Below are positions 1 to 12,950 of a DNA stretch of 64,000 nt, piece by piece. Every line of letters begins with the position of its first letter. Within the stretch, counting starts at the first letter, position 1. Below the pieces are notes generated by a model. The model was not told the origin of the DNA. It did no database searches and saw only the letters and a list, made by a program, of their open reading frames with translations. The position numbers were made by a program, and so were the translations under genes. The DNA is from Phoronis australis (taxonomy: Eukaryota; Animalia; Phoronida): positions 982,476-1,046,475 of the forward strand of contig NMRA01000088.1 of the NCBI GenBank assembly GCA_002633005.1, given 5' to 3'.

Positions 1-683
1 AAAAAAGTCCACCTCAGAGAACAAAAACTCTGAAAAAAGGAGAAAACGAAACAAAAGTCCACTAAAAAGGCAGGAACTACCAAAATTCAACGAATGCACA
101 ATTCATAGCTCTGAACGTACCCCGCCAATATTAGTAAACGGTCCACATTCTCAAAAATTCAAGCCCCCACATTTTTAGGCTGAGCGCGCACATATCTAAC
201 CGAATTAAGTCTTAGCCGATAGGTATAATGCAAGTTTGAATGGTCAATTGAATTGTATTGACTCAGATGGGTGAAGTGACGGATTCTTACACCTGTGCAA
301 ATGTTGGTTTCTGAGACTTTTTTGTGCACGATTTCTCTCACTGACAACACACATTTTCTCCATTCCAAAACTAGTAAGGCAACAAAACCGAAACGGGAAT
401 TGGAAAGATGGAGAGATAACGATGTTGCTTGAGGTCTGGAGGGACGTCAGTCTCTCCTATAAGGGTGGCAGGATTCCTTCGCAGAAAATAGAAATCTTTC
501 AATTTAGATATTAACTCTGGCTGATAGCCTAAGTTAAAATACTGGATGTATATTTTAAAAGATCAAAATAAGCTCCCGTGGCTAGTAGCAGAGTGGGGGT
601 TTACCCTGATATACCATGAGACTTAAGCATGCCGCGAGTACCCAGCTTCGTATTCCCATAGGGCTGTATCGACTTAATCTTAA

Positions 684-1744
684 CCCTTTCAACACCGCAG
701 ACCGCTTAAGCGGTCACTGAAACTTACCTCCATTCAACACCGTAGACCGCTTTATCAGCCTCACGACAAGCCGAACTTCAAGCAACAGCATATTTGATAG
801 GTTGATCAGGGGAATTCTTTCGTGTACGTCACAAATTTAAATCTAGACTGACCTTCATTTCTAACAGCTTATCTGATTCGTTGCTGAGATGTAACACGAG
901 TTATTGAAGGGTTTTCCAAGAATTTAGATCGATGACTTTTGAAAACAAAATGTCGGTCGTCGACGATTCAGACGTAGACTTTTCAAATGACGAAATTGGC
1001 AATAATTTGTATGCTTTTTACTTAATTAATAAACAAGATAACCCAAAAAGGAATTCTTATGTATCTGACCAGACTTTGTTGACTATTACGACAAAGAAGT
1101 TGAATTTCATGGCTTTGAAAAGGTCGCGAATTTCGCAATTGGGTCAAACAAAGGCCGTTGAACTCCGACAACTTCTCAAATTTTTCTGAACATGTGGTGT
1201 CTGCTAGAGTGTACGATGTTTCTGATAAGCAAGTTGAGTACTTTCAAAATTTCTATATCAATGAAATATTTGGTGAAATTGTCAGGGAAATTAATTTGCC
1301 AACACGAAGCACGAGTCACAACCGAAAATGGACAAATTTGAATCGTTGAACTTAACGATCGCCGAATTTAAGTCACTTTATGGCCTTCAAATGTTAATAG
1401 AAGATGTGAAATATGATCGAAAATGTATCTCAAGAAATGTTAGACACTGTTACTCATAAGTTATTTTGATTCTTTAAACGATACATTGAATTGGAAAATT
1501 GGCAAACAAACACCGGCGTTTCAGGTGTTACCTGCATCACCTGAGAGAGTGAGACTTAATTTTGGTGAAATTGTAGATAAAGTTCATTCTTTTCTCTGCA
1601 TTTTGGTGTGTCACACTTTGAAATTCTATGATAAATGGATTGTCAATGGAATTTTGAAAACAAGCACCTCAGTTCAGCTCATGTGTGCAAAATTGCTTGG
1701 GGTTCAGGGACACAATGGCCAACAGTTACTTGGAGGTGAAAGAG
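684..1744. mobile_element. piggyBac-type non-autonomous element
   Basis: TTAA at 680-683 and 1745-1748 flank imperfect TIRs CCCTTTCAACACC / (rc) CTCTTTCACCTCC. Internal acidic stub MSVVDDSDVDFSNDE; no intact transposase. Confidence 0.5.
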
Positions 1745-1881
1745 TTAAGTCAATCTTGAGTTGCAATGTAAACTGGGTATAAAACCGCATACATGTGAAA
1801 ACAAATGCACTCAAGATTAACAACCAGCTGTTATCAGATCATACCTCCACGTCACTTCTAAGAAAAAGTAAAACAACATAC

Positions 1882-2413
1882 TTAGCTGCGATGCCCGACG
1901 GCTGTATCTCCTGTACGAAAATGCCCAGCTCCCCGCGATTCTCGCTCTTTAAACCAACGACGCTGAAACCGAGGCTTGTCGCCTCTGGTTTGTACAGTTG
2001 TATAGTGACCACCTGACGACCCTGGGCAGCAGTCTCAATGGCATTATCCACTTCCTGGGCCAGTTGTGGCGTTGTAATTGGTCGCGGAGCGATGTGCTCC
2101 ATTGGCATTTCCACTTCGATTTCTGACGACAAGGGTACATCGTCATGACGACCAATTCCATTCTCAGATGCATTCGTTGCATACACTACATTGCCTGACC
2201 TATCAAAATCGAAATTATCATCGGCAGTGAGTGGATGGTCCTGCGATGCCCTCTTCAGGTCTTCAAGAGAGTCCTGGATGTTGACGATCTGCTTGAAAAC
2301 AGACGAGTCAAGGAGGCAGAGAACATTAGCAATGTCGTCCTCTAGGCTATGATCACCAGAAGTCTCAAGTTGCTTGCTGAGGCGCTGGATGATGTCCAAG
2401 GCCTCTTGGCAGT
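1882..2413 (-). CDS. MPDZ: PATJ/MPDZ multi-PDZ scaffold protein, coding exon 2 (L27 domain + start of PDZ1); gene continues left of the window
   Basis: Translation DCQEALDIIQRLSKQL...LLDSSVFKQIVNIQDSL (L27-like), then SLGFSVVGLKSENRGELGIFVQEIQPSGIAA, nearly identical to MPDZ PDZ1 as I recall it. Acceptor ttcatttgcag before 2413, donor gtatgt after 1882. Probably co-orthologous to vertebrate MPDZ and PATJ. Confidence 0.9.
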
Positions 2414-3897
2414 CTGCAAATGAAGGGGAGATAATTATGCATACAGACATTGCTCGTGGTTTTGACAAACATAGGGTTGTTTAGAACCTAACTAGTAATC
2501 ACAAGTCTAAGTATTTAGCCAAATATCTACCAAACAATGGATTATAAGTCAGTAAAAGTATACATATTCTGAAAGTAGAAAGCCTACAGAGTTTAGGACA
2601 TTTTACCAATCTGACAATAATAAGGTCAAGTGACTATGTCTGTTAGTAAAATTAAGCCAAACAACAGTACCAATAATAGGTCAATTTTTATTTGAAGTAA
2701 GTGTTGAAGATGAGATCTCAAAAACCATTGTTACAGTTGTCTAAAAAATCCATTTCATTTTTGTTTTCAGTAACTTTAAATTTTTTCATGAAAATAATTA
2801 AAGTACTATTTTGATAGCCCCTCATGCAAAAGCGGAAACTTTTGAAAAGAATTACTAACAGCATTTTTGACAACTAAAGCATAGCATCTCAAATTTCTTA
2901 TGAATCTGGTCAGCCATTTCTGAAATACAGTGTTCTGCAAGTGTCAAATGTTGGACATTTTTCTAGGGTCCTGTGTAACCGTGTGATCGATTGTCACCAA
3001 ACCCAACACAAATAAAAGAGAAAACCATTAAAACTATTTACTTTTCAGAAAGGCTCCGCTTTGCACCACTTTCAAGAAATACAGTGAGAGTGACTAGGTC
3101 ATAATCTGTCCACTAGATGTCTTTAGTCATTCAAAAACTAAGCACACTTAGTCAACATTCGAATACTCTTGTGCAGTGCTTAAAGAAAACATCTAAAAAA
3201 TTTAGCATTTAGATTGTCATTGTAATCTACGGCTAATATTCAAGCAGTGTTTAGCTAAAGGGCCTTTGCGTAGTAGCTAGTACCAGCATAGTGAGTATTT
3301 GAAAAAAAATAGCATTAAATACGGCAACTAATACCACAACACGCGACGTTATTATTGACAGCGACACCTCCCGATAACTCCAATGTCATCAAAGTTTTGT
3401 TGTTCATACCACATGGAAGCGTCAACACTACTCTGCTAAATCCACCTGTTGACTGCAAATTTAAGTTGTGCTCTTTAAACTGTTCATAACAACCAACACC
3501 TCCAAATCATCGGCGAGTTGACGTTGGTATGAAAGGCTCTTACGAGAACGATTTGATGATGGTAAGTAACCTATATCAAAAGGGTTTTACAACAGGGTGG
3601 AGGTTCATTGGACCTTTTAAGATTTCTGGGGTTACAACAGCGGATGCCAGAGAGCCCAGACATATGACGACTATAGGCAATAGGCACTCTTCATAGACTT
3701 TCCTGGCTCGGCTGGGTACACTGGCTAAGAAATCCGATTGGTTCATTGACAATGACGACTTTTCCCTTACAGGCCAACCAAAAGTCTAAGAAAGTTGACC
3801 TGGTGAAGTCTATCAAAGATAAAATTTGGCAACATGATTGTGAAACAAATGAGAAAGTCCGATCACCTAGAAAAGTGACATGTCATAACTTACGTAC

Positions 3898-3913
3898 CTG
3901 CACCAAGAGACAT
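3898..3913 (-). CDS. MPDZ: PATJ/MPDZ first coding exon (MSLGA+G; exon 3898-3942 including UTR)
   Basis: tctttcag|...AAG ATG TCT CTT GGT GCA G|gtacgt. Phase 1 matches the next exon (G|AC=Asp), giving MSLGADCQEAL, similar to fly Patj MHLSAD. Confidence 0.7.
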
Positions 3914-4608
3914 CTTCTTAAACTGTTCACTTTGACCAAATTCTGAAAGAACAAAACAAGACTGCCCTTGGCAAAATCCTTCAAATGTCACAGCCCAACT
4001 GTGCAGCTAAACTACAAAACTGCATACCAATAAATACTTGACCCAAATCACTGTTGCAGCAGACTGTGAAAACAATAGCCAGAGGGGACAGGTCTCCACT
4101 ACAGTCAAGTGCTGGAGAGCTTGTCAACCACTTGTAATGGGATTAAACTAATCAGTTACCATGGTACACTCCATGACCAGCTGGTGAGGATGATCTTTGA
4201 TTGACTCCAGATCTATTTGACCTCGCTTCACCCCAGCCTGAAGATCTTTTATTAACATTTATAAGGGCAGAGACAACTTAGGAATAACAATTATCACAAG
4301 TGCCAACACTTCAGCTGCACAAGCAAATGGCATAATCAACAACTGACTGCAAAACTGAGCCAACAAACCATCAAAATTTTACCAATTCATAGGTCACATT
4401 CACTAAGCACACAATATGACTGACTAATGAAATTCAACAAAAATAAGCTAATTGAAAGAAAAATCGTGTCTATTACTGGCATGGTTCGTAGTGTGCACCT
4501 TTGGTAAAGTTTCCCTTATTTGTAGAAAAGTAATCGGTCTTTGAAAAATGGAAATTTTACGACTATTTTTGTGCAGAATAGTGGAGAATTACGTATCAAC
4601 AACTTGCT

Positions 4609-5107
4609 GTCGCTTTACCATTAGGGGAACTTCGGTTTACCGAAGCTTCACCGAAACTTCCCTTACCTTTCCGGCTAAACAGTGATATCGAAGTTATCAC
4701 TAAGACACCAAACGAATATTGAGTGGTGGATTAGAAGCTGACTGAAATTGTTCTCCTGCCATTTCCGAGTTTACGAAAATGACCAGCCATTCTTCATCAG
4801 ATATACTTTCTTTGATTTACTTACGTGTGTCTATTGAGAGCATGTTGGCTACGCTACAACAAACTACACATTTTGCGAGTCTCACGTGATCGTATATCGT
4901 TGCCGCGACTTCTACCAATAACATCAGTGAAGTTTTGCTATGACCTTTCCTACACCAAAATTTTGTTGAGTACCAAAGCTTCGTTTTTAAATCCTACAAC
5001 GGGTATTTTCAGTGAAGTTTCGCCGGCAGATTAACTACCGGAGATAACCTTTCCAACTTACTGAAACTTCAGTAAAAGCAAAGTTTCACCTCTAATGGGA
5101 AAGCGAC
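4609..5107. mobile_element. MITE with imperfect terminal inverted repeats
   Basis: Left gtcgctttaccattagggg versus rc of right end gtcgctttcccattagagg (2 mismatches). No clear TSD. Confidence 0.5.
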
Positions 5108-7775
5108 TAAATAAGGACAGTTACATGTATGTAAACCACGCACAATATGGAGCAAGTTGCTACGAACCAGCTTTTGTCAAAAAATTTGATTTAATTAAAC
5201 GGTGTTAAAAGACATTACAGATGATAGAAACTCAAGCAATAATACAATATTACCACAAACATGGAAATATAATGAAGATCCTGAAGGCAGTTATGATCTG
5301 TGAGAAAGAGCACTGTTTGAAACTTTGGGCTCTTTATTCATTTGATATCAACTCTCGTTCTATGTTTTATATTGTTTCACTTTTTATGTATGTGTCTTAT
5401 CACTATGAAATTGTCTTCAAATTGCTCTTTACTTGGAGTAGAAATGATTTGAACACTGATCCCGACAGTAAGACCTCACTAAAAAGACAAAACAAGGATT
5501 TTTTTCGTTATTCACAAAAGATTGTATTAAAATTTCAGGGGACGACGCGGGGCAATTCTGGGGATGAATATTTTATTGTCAAACTTTTTCACAAACGATA
5601 AGTACTAAAAGGTAACTTAAAAGTTTTCATGAAAAAAACAGGAAGCACAGTACACCTGCCGTAGTTCACGTATTGCATATAAACTTAGCTGCAGAGTGCA
5701 AACTTTATTTTGGTTCAAATGCAGAGTGTTGGTTGTTTTCAGGGGAATGCTGCCGGATTGTTTTATTACAGTTTCAACTTTGATGCGATGTTAAGTTGAC
5801 CTAATAAATGCTGCAAAGAGCTTATGGATCACCGTATCAACTGAACTACAGATATGGACTCCCTAAAGGAATGTACTTTCTGGAAATAGTCTATGACCTT
5901 AATTTTTAAATTTATACCAATATGTTATTAATTGGGTTATGTGGCCATATTTTTATAGTGAAATAAAACAAAAAAAAGATTCATTCATAGCAAAACATCG
6001 TCAATAGCATGAGCAAATTTCAATAGATACAAAGATTTACAAAATTTCAAAAATGCTGTTATTTTCCTAAAATATTTCATTTTCATTTTAAATTTTCCAT
6101 AAAGTCCCATTTTTTAAATCCCTCACGCAGAAATAAAACATTTTAAAACAATATATCAAAAAAGCTTTGGCAAACTGCACAAAGCATGGTATATGAAAAA
6201 CTCATAAGAATCCAACCATCCATTTCCGAGACGTTTTTCTGGGGTCCTGACCACGCATAGAAGAGTAAGAAAATAACACAAACAAAGAAATTTTATTTAT
6301 TTCAGATTTTAATGTGGGTAGCTCAATCACTGATATCAAATCGTATTCTTCATAAAGGGCTCACTGCAAACAATTAGTATATATACAGTATAACTAAAAC
6401 AAAATACAAAGAACATATACAAACTACACAAAATTTCTCTTGAAGGTTGAGCAAACAGAGTTTGGTGTATTATCTAGAAGTCTTTTTCAAAATGAGAGAA
6501 GAATAAACCTGCTAATCAGTAAGTTCCCATACAAGAAGTTCGTACTGTCAGAAAACTGATTTTTACTTTCCATGAAGCCAGGCGAAGAACAACGTAATGT
6601 ACGGTAAAATCTCCTCAATTTCAAACAATAACAATTTCCAAAATTACGCTTTTTAATTTTTCAAAGGCTTCCAACGTTGTTGTGACTGCCCACAATTTTT
6701 CAAATCATTGTCTGTTGGTATGTACAGTACAGAACTTATATACAAATATATGGCAAAGCATCGTTTTGGCACTATATAAAAATGAGAAAATAAAATTTCA
6801 CCATCATACCGTGCCCTAAATTGACAAGATCTTACTGTACTTTTTGTCAGTGTAGTCTATGTGTATTGTAGATAAGGCATCACATGAATCATCAAAGGTG
6901 ACCAGGTGACACTGGCAAGCATTTATGGTATGTGTTAATGATAATGACAAACACACCAGTGACAACAAGAGTACCACTGCACAAGAATTTTTCAGTTCAT
7001 TCATATACACATAAACTATAACATAGCTAAGCGATACAAACCAAACGGTGAGTATTCGCGCAAGGAGTCTGATACAGTTAAAACATCTGACCTGAGACTC
7101 AACTGACCAAACATTCTTTCTTCAGTGGTCCTTTCTACTTTTACAAATATCTTTGATGAAGCTTAGTTACGACAATTAAGGTGACTTTGACGAAGAATTC
7201 CAATTACACTTTTTGGTCACTGTTAGCTTTTTCACCACGCGCACGATAACTACTAAGTATTTCAACTGAGTCACGTGAGTTAGGCAAAGGCTAGTGCGAG
7301 AATGAGCGAAGTGTGAGACGCTGGTGCGCAACACTTGCAAAATAACATGGGCAGGTATCAGGTGAAATTTGTAAGACTTTTTATTCGTCATCATACTGAC
7401 TTAACGTAACTTCCTCAAAATGGCACAAGAGAAACTCGAGCAAAAACCGCAACAGATTTTCATCGATTTGTTGACTGAATCGTCTCCAGACTTATGGTAT
7501 GTGTTAATTATAACTCCATGTGCATATTAGGCAACACGTAACCCCCTCTGTTGGCCATTTAGTGGCTACAATACTTCCATTCGCTTTCAGTACGCATTTC
7601 TTTACATGTATTTTAAACGAGCGGTGACCCAAATCTGGCCACCGATTTTGAGTGTTCACCTCGTCAAAAATACATTCCACAGTTAAAACTATCATTTAAA
7701 AAAGCGCTTACTTTCATCATTAGTCCTTTCTACTTCTATACATATCTTCGAAGAAGTTTAGTTGCGAGAATTAAG

Positions 7776-9212
7776 CAGGGACTCATCTAGGATTTGAAAA
7801 TTGGGGGTCCAAATTCGTGAGACTGACGAGTCGTGCAAAGCGCAAATCTGAGGCGCGCAGCGCTGGAGGGGGGAGGTGGGNNNNNNNNNNNNNNNNNNNN
7901 NNNNNNNNNNNNNNNNNNNNNNNNNNNNNNNNNNNNNNNNNNNNNNNNNNNNNNNNNNNNNNNNNNNNNNNNNNNNNNNNNNNNNNNNNNNNNNNNNNNN
8001 NNNNNNNNNNNNNNNNNNNNNNNNNNNNNNNNNNNNNNNNNNNNNNNNNNNNNNNNNNNNNNNNNNNNNNNNNNNNNNNNNNNNNNNNNNNNNNNNNNNN
8101 NNNNNNNNNNNNNNNNNNNNNNNNNNNNNNNNNNNNNNNNNNNNNNNNNNNNNNNNNNNNNNNNNNNNNNNNNNNNNNNNNNNNNNNNNNNNNNNNNNNN
8201 NNNNNNNNNNNNNNNNNNNNNNNNNNNNNNNNNNNNNNNNNNNNNNNNNNNNNNNNNNNNNNNNNNNNNNNNNNNNNNNNNNNNNNNNNNNNNNNNNNNN
8301 NNNNNNNNNNNNNNNNNNNNNNNNNNNNNNNNNNNNNNNNNNNNNNNNNNNNNNNNNNNNNNNNNNNNNNNNNNNNNNNNNNNNNNNNNNNNNNNNNNNN
8401 NNNNATTGAATACGTAACCAACATTACACACCACATTTTTTCTCTTAAAGTTTGCACTGCATTCTCGCGCATCAATATAAGTCGTTCGGCCGTGCGGATT
8501 TTTTTGATATTTTTTCATTCATTCGTTCGAGTTGCAACGGAGCTATGCGAACAAATTAAGGAAGTTTGCGCTAAGTTTTATCTGGTTTGCATGTTCAACG
8601 ACATTGATGGCATTTGTACGGCAGGTCAGTGCTAGAATTTTGTCGGGCTATCATTTTTTTTTCGAAGTGTACGTTCTCCGTCGGCTATTTCAAATTGGCT
8701 GCTCCGTCGAACATATCGAGTGCCGCTTCAACTTCCGCGTCGGCAACTAGCATTAGGGGTACGGCAAATCCTTTGAACTTCGGGTGTGGGTTCTTCAATT
8801 TCAAAGATTAAGTGTCCATGTACGGGTAGCTGGATGCAATATTTCTCGACACTAGTCGTGCGGGGGATTCCGTATGAAGCCACCTTGACGTCACAGAATA
8901 GGAAGGTATTCCCCAAAGATGGCTGCCAGTATTTGCCGATCGTCATTGTGACATTTATAGTAAAAATAGACGGCAAAAGTTTAGTAATGTCGAGTTATTT
9001 CTTAATATTTAGCGAACTTAAACAATGAATTGTAGGTTTCAATGAAATTTGTTAATAATAAATGTTGCAATTCTTCGTTTAGCCTTCATTTTCGCCGAGG
9101 TTGTTTTGGAACAGGGCGTCTTTTTTCCGTCTTGGCCGTGCCGTCCAAAGCCGTCATTTTTTTAAAAGCGCCGTCCCAAGGACGGCCAGGACGGCCGCTA
9201 GATGAGTCCCTG
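7776..9212. mobile_element. hAT-type non-autonomous DNA transposon (spans the N gap)
   Basis: Perfect 15-bp TIR CAGGGACTCATCTAG (7776-7790 / 9198-9212) and perfect 8-bp TSD GAATTAAG (7768-7775, 9213-9220). Confidence 0.85.
7881..8404. other. Assembly gap (N run)
   Basis: Run of N. Smaller gaps or single Ns occur at 21407-21415, 32912, 55682, 58478 and 62572. Confidence 0.99.
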
Positions 9213-9999
9213 GAATTAAGATAACTTTGGCGAAGAATTCCAACTCCACTTTTTTGGCTGCCGTTAACTTTTTAACCACGCGCGCGATAACCACAAAGTA
9301 TGTCAACTGAGTCACCTGAGTTAGGAAAAGGCTAGTGCGAGACTGAGCGAAGCGCGTAACGCTAGCGTGTGACACTTGCAAAATAGCACTGATGAGAAGG
9401 TAAAATTTGTAACATTTGTGTCCCTTGGACTTTTCATTCATCAACATGCGTGATTTCACATAACTTTCTCAAAATGGCACCCGGAAAGAGAAACGCGAGT
9501 AAATCGCGACAGATTTTCGACTTGTTCAAATTATCTCGACTGAATTGTCTCCAGACTTATGGTAGAGTTGTTTATAACTCCATGTGCATATATGCATGTT
9601 TCATTTGATTTTATTTCCTGTATTTTGAAATTGGTAACATTTTGTGGGGATGTGCTATCGCCCCTATATGCCTGCGGCATCCAGGGCGATGTAATTGCCT
9701 GGGCCAGCGTTAGTTAATGTGATGACCACTTCCCAAACTTCCGAATGTGCCTGGGCAAATACAATTGACTGCTATTTCGTACCCAGATGACTTGGTGCAT
9801 TGATTCCAATAGTATTCAAAGCAAAACATTACACAAATAATCGCGTTAATCCACAACAGGCCTACACACAGTAAGCGTCCTTCCACGTCCGTGCTCGGCG
9901 TGAGCGATGTTGGCAGTGCTCTTTTAATTTGCCCGGTATATGACTCACTAGAGGGCATACATGCACATTTATCCCAATCGTGTGCGCCTCGCCCCAGTA

Positions 10000-10493
10000 A
10001 CTTACCTTGAGGTTCTAGAAAGCTTGATATATAACGGAACAGTGTATTTAAATTACGAAAAGATATTTCACTGATAACACACCGCCCAACGAAAACTTGA
10101 AATATGGCGACACATCCGGTCAAAACAAATGTATTCGTGCACCAAACCTGGAACTATTTTTGAAAAACTAAAGTCAACTATTTGAGTTACGAAAGTTTTT
10201 TTAATACATATTTGAGTTCAAATAGTAACTCTTAGGTGACAAGTTTGTAAAATATACAGTTTTAACATTATATTTTAATGTTTACCACTCTTTGCCCATT
10301 GTTTGAGCGCAAGGTGATAAATTGGATGCTCTTCGGTCATCTAAAAACGTTGACTTCGCACTTGACTAGAGTTTACCTGTACTCGGGGGGTTGTGATTTT
10401 CTTTTCATTTTGAATTAGTGATTCGTGCTATGAATGAACAATGTTCTCGACGTATATCCACATAAGTGTTGCACATGAAATCTGTGATTTAAA
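10000..10493. promoter_or_regulatory. Candidate bidirectional promoter between PATJ/MPDZ and TM2D1
   Basis: Strong minus-strand donor CAAG|gtaagt at 10006/10005 (candidate non-coding first exon of PATJ/MPDZ). YY1-like AATATGGCG at about 10101-10109. Locally CpG-richer; TM2D1 ATG candidate at 10494. Confidence 0.4.
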
Positions 10494-10509
10494 ATGAAAC
10501 TTCTGACAG
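10494..10509 (+). CDS. TM2D1: TM2D1 candidate first coding exon (MKLLT+G)
   Basis: aaaATG AAA CTT CTG ACA G|gtaatt. Phase 1 joins 12048 to give the signal-peptide-like MKLLTGKTAVIFTILNFISVWLEILG. Joined CDS is 579 nt (192 aa). Confidence 0.5.
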
Positions 10510-10821
10510 GTAATTGGTTTCTGTAGTGCTGAATTTTTATGTTGTAATAGTCATGAACAGCGGCTGTTTAAACGTACCTGTGCTTGAATCTGGGATCTTC
10601 AACTGCGAGTCAAGCGTCCAAACCATCCGACAAAGAGGCAAGAGTCCATTGGCAAGTGCTTGGAGGGCCTTTGTTCAACCGTATGTTACTCCCGGATTCC
10701 AAAATTTACAACAATCTAGATCATACAGAGCAGGGCAAGTGCTGCCTGGCATCAGACTGTTGTGAAATGTGCTTCCGGTGATTCATGTATGAGCCTCTAT
10801 TAGCCACTCGCTAACGGGCAA

Positions 10822-10892
10822 TTTCCTATTGGCTGAATGGTTAGCACGCTCGCTGGTTAAATCGGGGTTGCTGGTTCGATTCCCGAGCCTAG
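10822..10892 (+). mobile_element. tRNA-derived SINE head or tRNA pseudogene
   Basis: A-box TGGCTGAATGG and B-box GGTTCGATTCC at tRNA-like spacing; no good acceptor stem. Confidence 0.5.
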
Positions 10893-12047
10893 TGGTGGTG
10901 CCGTAGAATTTCCATTCAGTGTGGCCGTCGTGACTTCCTTGTGTAATCTAGAGTCGTATGTAAAGCTTAGAGCTCTAAATCGCTTGCCAAGTAGCAATTT
11001 CCTCTTGGATGAACGGTTTGGATGCTCGGCTGATGTGGGAAACCCCGGTATAAGTCTCGGTATCAGCAGAATTTTCTACACTGGCGCCCAACTGAGGTAA
11101 ACCCCACAAAAAACCCTGAGGTGTAAATATTTTGTTCTGAGTGGCAGATCAAGAGGGTACCGACCTGTTGGTGGTGGATCCAGAACACAAAGAGTGTGTT
11201 GCTGAGGGTAAATTCTAGGAGACGAGTTATTGACAGGGGAGAAGTGTTCTGATACGTGACTTCCGGGTATGATGTATGTAGAGTCGCATAAAGCCTCTCG
11301 CTGAACTGTTTGGACATTCTGCTCTCATGTGGGGGAATCCCGGTTCAAAACTTGGTGTTGGCAGAATTTTCTACAGTGAAATCGGTATGTGTGCTGGACT
11401 TTGCCCTCAGCTACACTCGCTGTGCATGGTGAACCAGATAGCCCTTGCTTTTATGGACGCAACCTTCACTAAGGAAATCGTCAACATACTGTTTTGCAAT
11501 ATGCAAATCACTGTGCATGTCTGTAGCATGAAAACATTTGAAGGCAATTGTGAGGCCAAGTGTTAAGTACTAGCGATCCTAGTTGCTGAATGTAGTCTTC
11601 TCTTAACTATGACACTCCACCAACAACCAAGCAGAAGACCTACCTTTTTCGTTGATGCGAAGACTGTTTACTTATCAGAAACTTGCCCTCTTTGTAACTA
11701 TAGGCATAAAAGAAAAGACTGTAACCGTGTCAATTACATTTAACTTAAGAACAGCTTTATCCAAATAGAATGCTCTGTTTCATGGTGCTGACAGTTGGTG
11801 TAAAACTATAGTAGTATGGAGCAATAGTTTAGAACTTATTTATTTTCGCTGCCCAAGGAAACTATACAAACTTCCTAACGACCTGAATTTGCATCTGTTT
11901 TTTATGCTTGTGTTTACATGGCTTTTTTACTAAAGTTGCTATTTTGTAGGTTTGAATCCTAATTAACTTTGTAAAATGCCTTACATGTGCTCAGGTTGTC
12001 ATTGCATCCACTGCATCTCACTGGTATTTATGCGTTGTTTTCTACAG

Positions 12048-12162
12048 GCAAGACAGCTGTTATATTTACAATTTTGAATTTCATCTCGGTATGGCTCGAA
12101 ATCCTGGGAACACAGACTACGCCGAGTGTTGGCAACAACTGCACAAACTTGCTAATGGGACA
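12048..12162 (+). CDS. TM2D1: TM2 domain-containing protein 1, exon 2
   Basis: ttttctacag| ...NNCTNLLMGQ, comparable to TM2D1 CEDLKVGQ; ends at a U12-type donor gtatcctt. Confidence 0.8.
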
Positions 12163-12588
12163 GTATCCTTACCTGTAGAGTATGAGCTGAGCGCTATTGT
12201 GGCAGTTACCTTATGTAGTCTACAACCTAATTTCTATACCCTACCTTCCATCCAAAATTGGTGAGGCCTAACTCTAACCATTTCAGTTCTAATCTGTGCT
12301 CACGTCTTACCTCACCTACCAGATCACAGGGGCAGATCCAGAATTTTTTAAAAGGGTAACCCAAGTTAACAATTTGAAATTCTAGATTTGATATCACTAA
12401 AATCAAAAAGGAAAAAGGGGGGTCCTGACCCCCCCCCCTGGATCTGCCTATGGATCAGCATTATTTTGCAGGTTTGTTGATTTGAAAATCAATTAGCTGA
12501 ATGAGAGTGTGTGATAAAGGGGTGTACCGTACAATTCTACGCAATACCTGTAAGCTCCTGGTTATCGAACTTGCCTTGACTAATAAAG
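12163..12588 (+). other. U12-type (minor spliceosome) GT-AG intron
   Basis: 5'SS GTATCCTTAC; branch-point-like CCTTGAC at 12574-12580, 8 nt before the intron end; no polypyrimidine tract. Splicing restores GQ|YKC. Confidence 0.85.
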
Positions 12589-12668
12589 ATACAAATGTTT
12601 ACCTCCCAAAATTGATGAAGAAACCCAGCAGCCAAGAGGATGTAGTATGGAAAAACCATTTGTAAAAG
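12589..12668 (+). CDS. TM2D1: TM2D1 exon 3
   Basis: YKCLPPKIDEETQQPRGCSMEKPFVK, comparable to YICKDPKINDATQEPVNC; donor gtacgt. Confidence 0.88.
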
Positions 12669-12950
12669 GTACGTCTCAGTCATTCATTTTCATTACGAAG
12701 TACAATGCTTGAACATATTCCATATGTTGATAACAATTTTATATCTAGAATGATCTGATCCAGACTTCTAATCAAAATAATAATTATGTTTCCTTCATAT
12801 TAAATTTTGTTTCCCTTTGGTAATTCATTGAGATTTTCGTGTAGCCATATTATGTGAATGGATCACTTTAAGAACACAACTCCAGGCTATAGTATGTGTC
12901 AAAAGTCTTTGTTTTGCTCACAATTTTCTCCTTTACCATTCATGTGTTGC

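Larger units (their letters stand above)
7125..9595 (+). repeat. Diverged ~600-bp tandem duplication, second unit interrupted by the hAT element
   Basis: 7127-7180 recurs at 7723-7775, and about 7180-7530 recurs at about 9221-9590 with many substitutions. Confidence 0.75.

Noticed and set aside
7783-8635. Long ORFs spanning 7.8-8.6 kb
   Set aside because: Artefacts of the N run.
10104-10163. ATGGCG at 10104 as the TM2D1 start codon
   Set aside because: The frame closes after 19 codons and I found no phase-1 donor to join exon 2; 10494 fits better.
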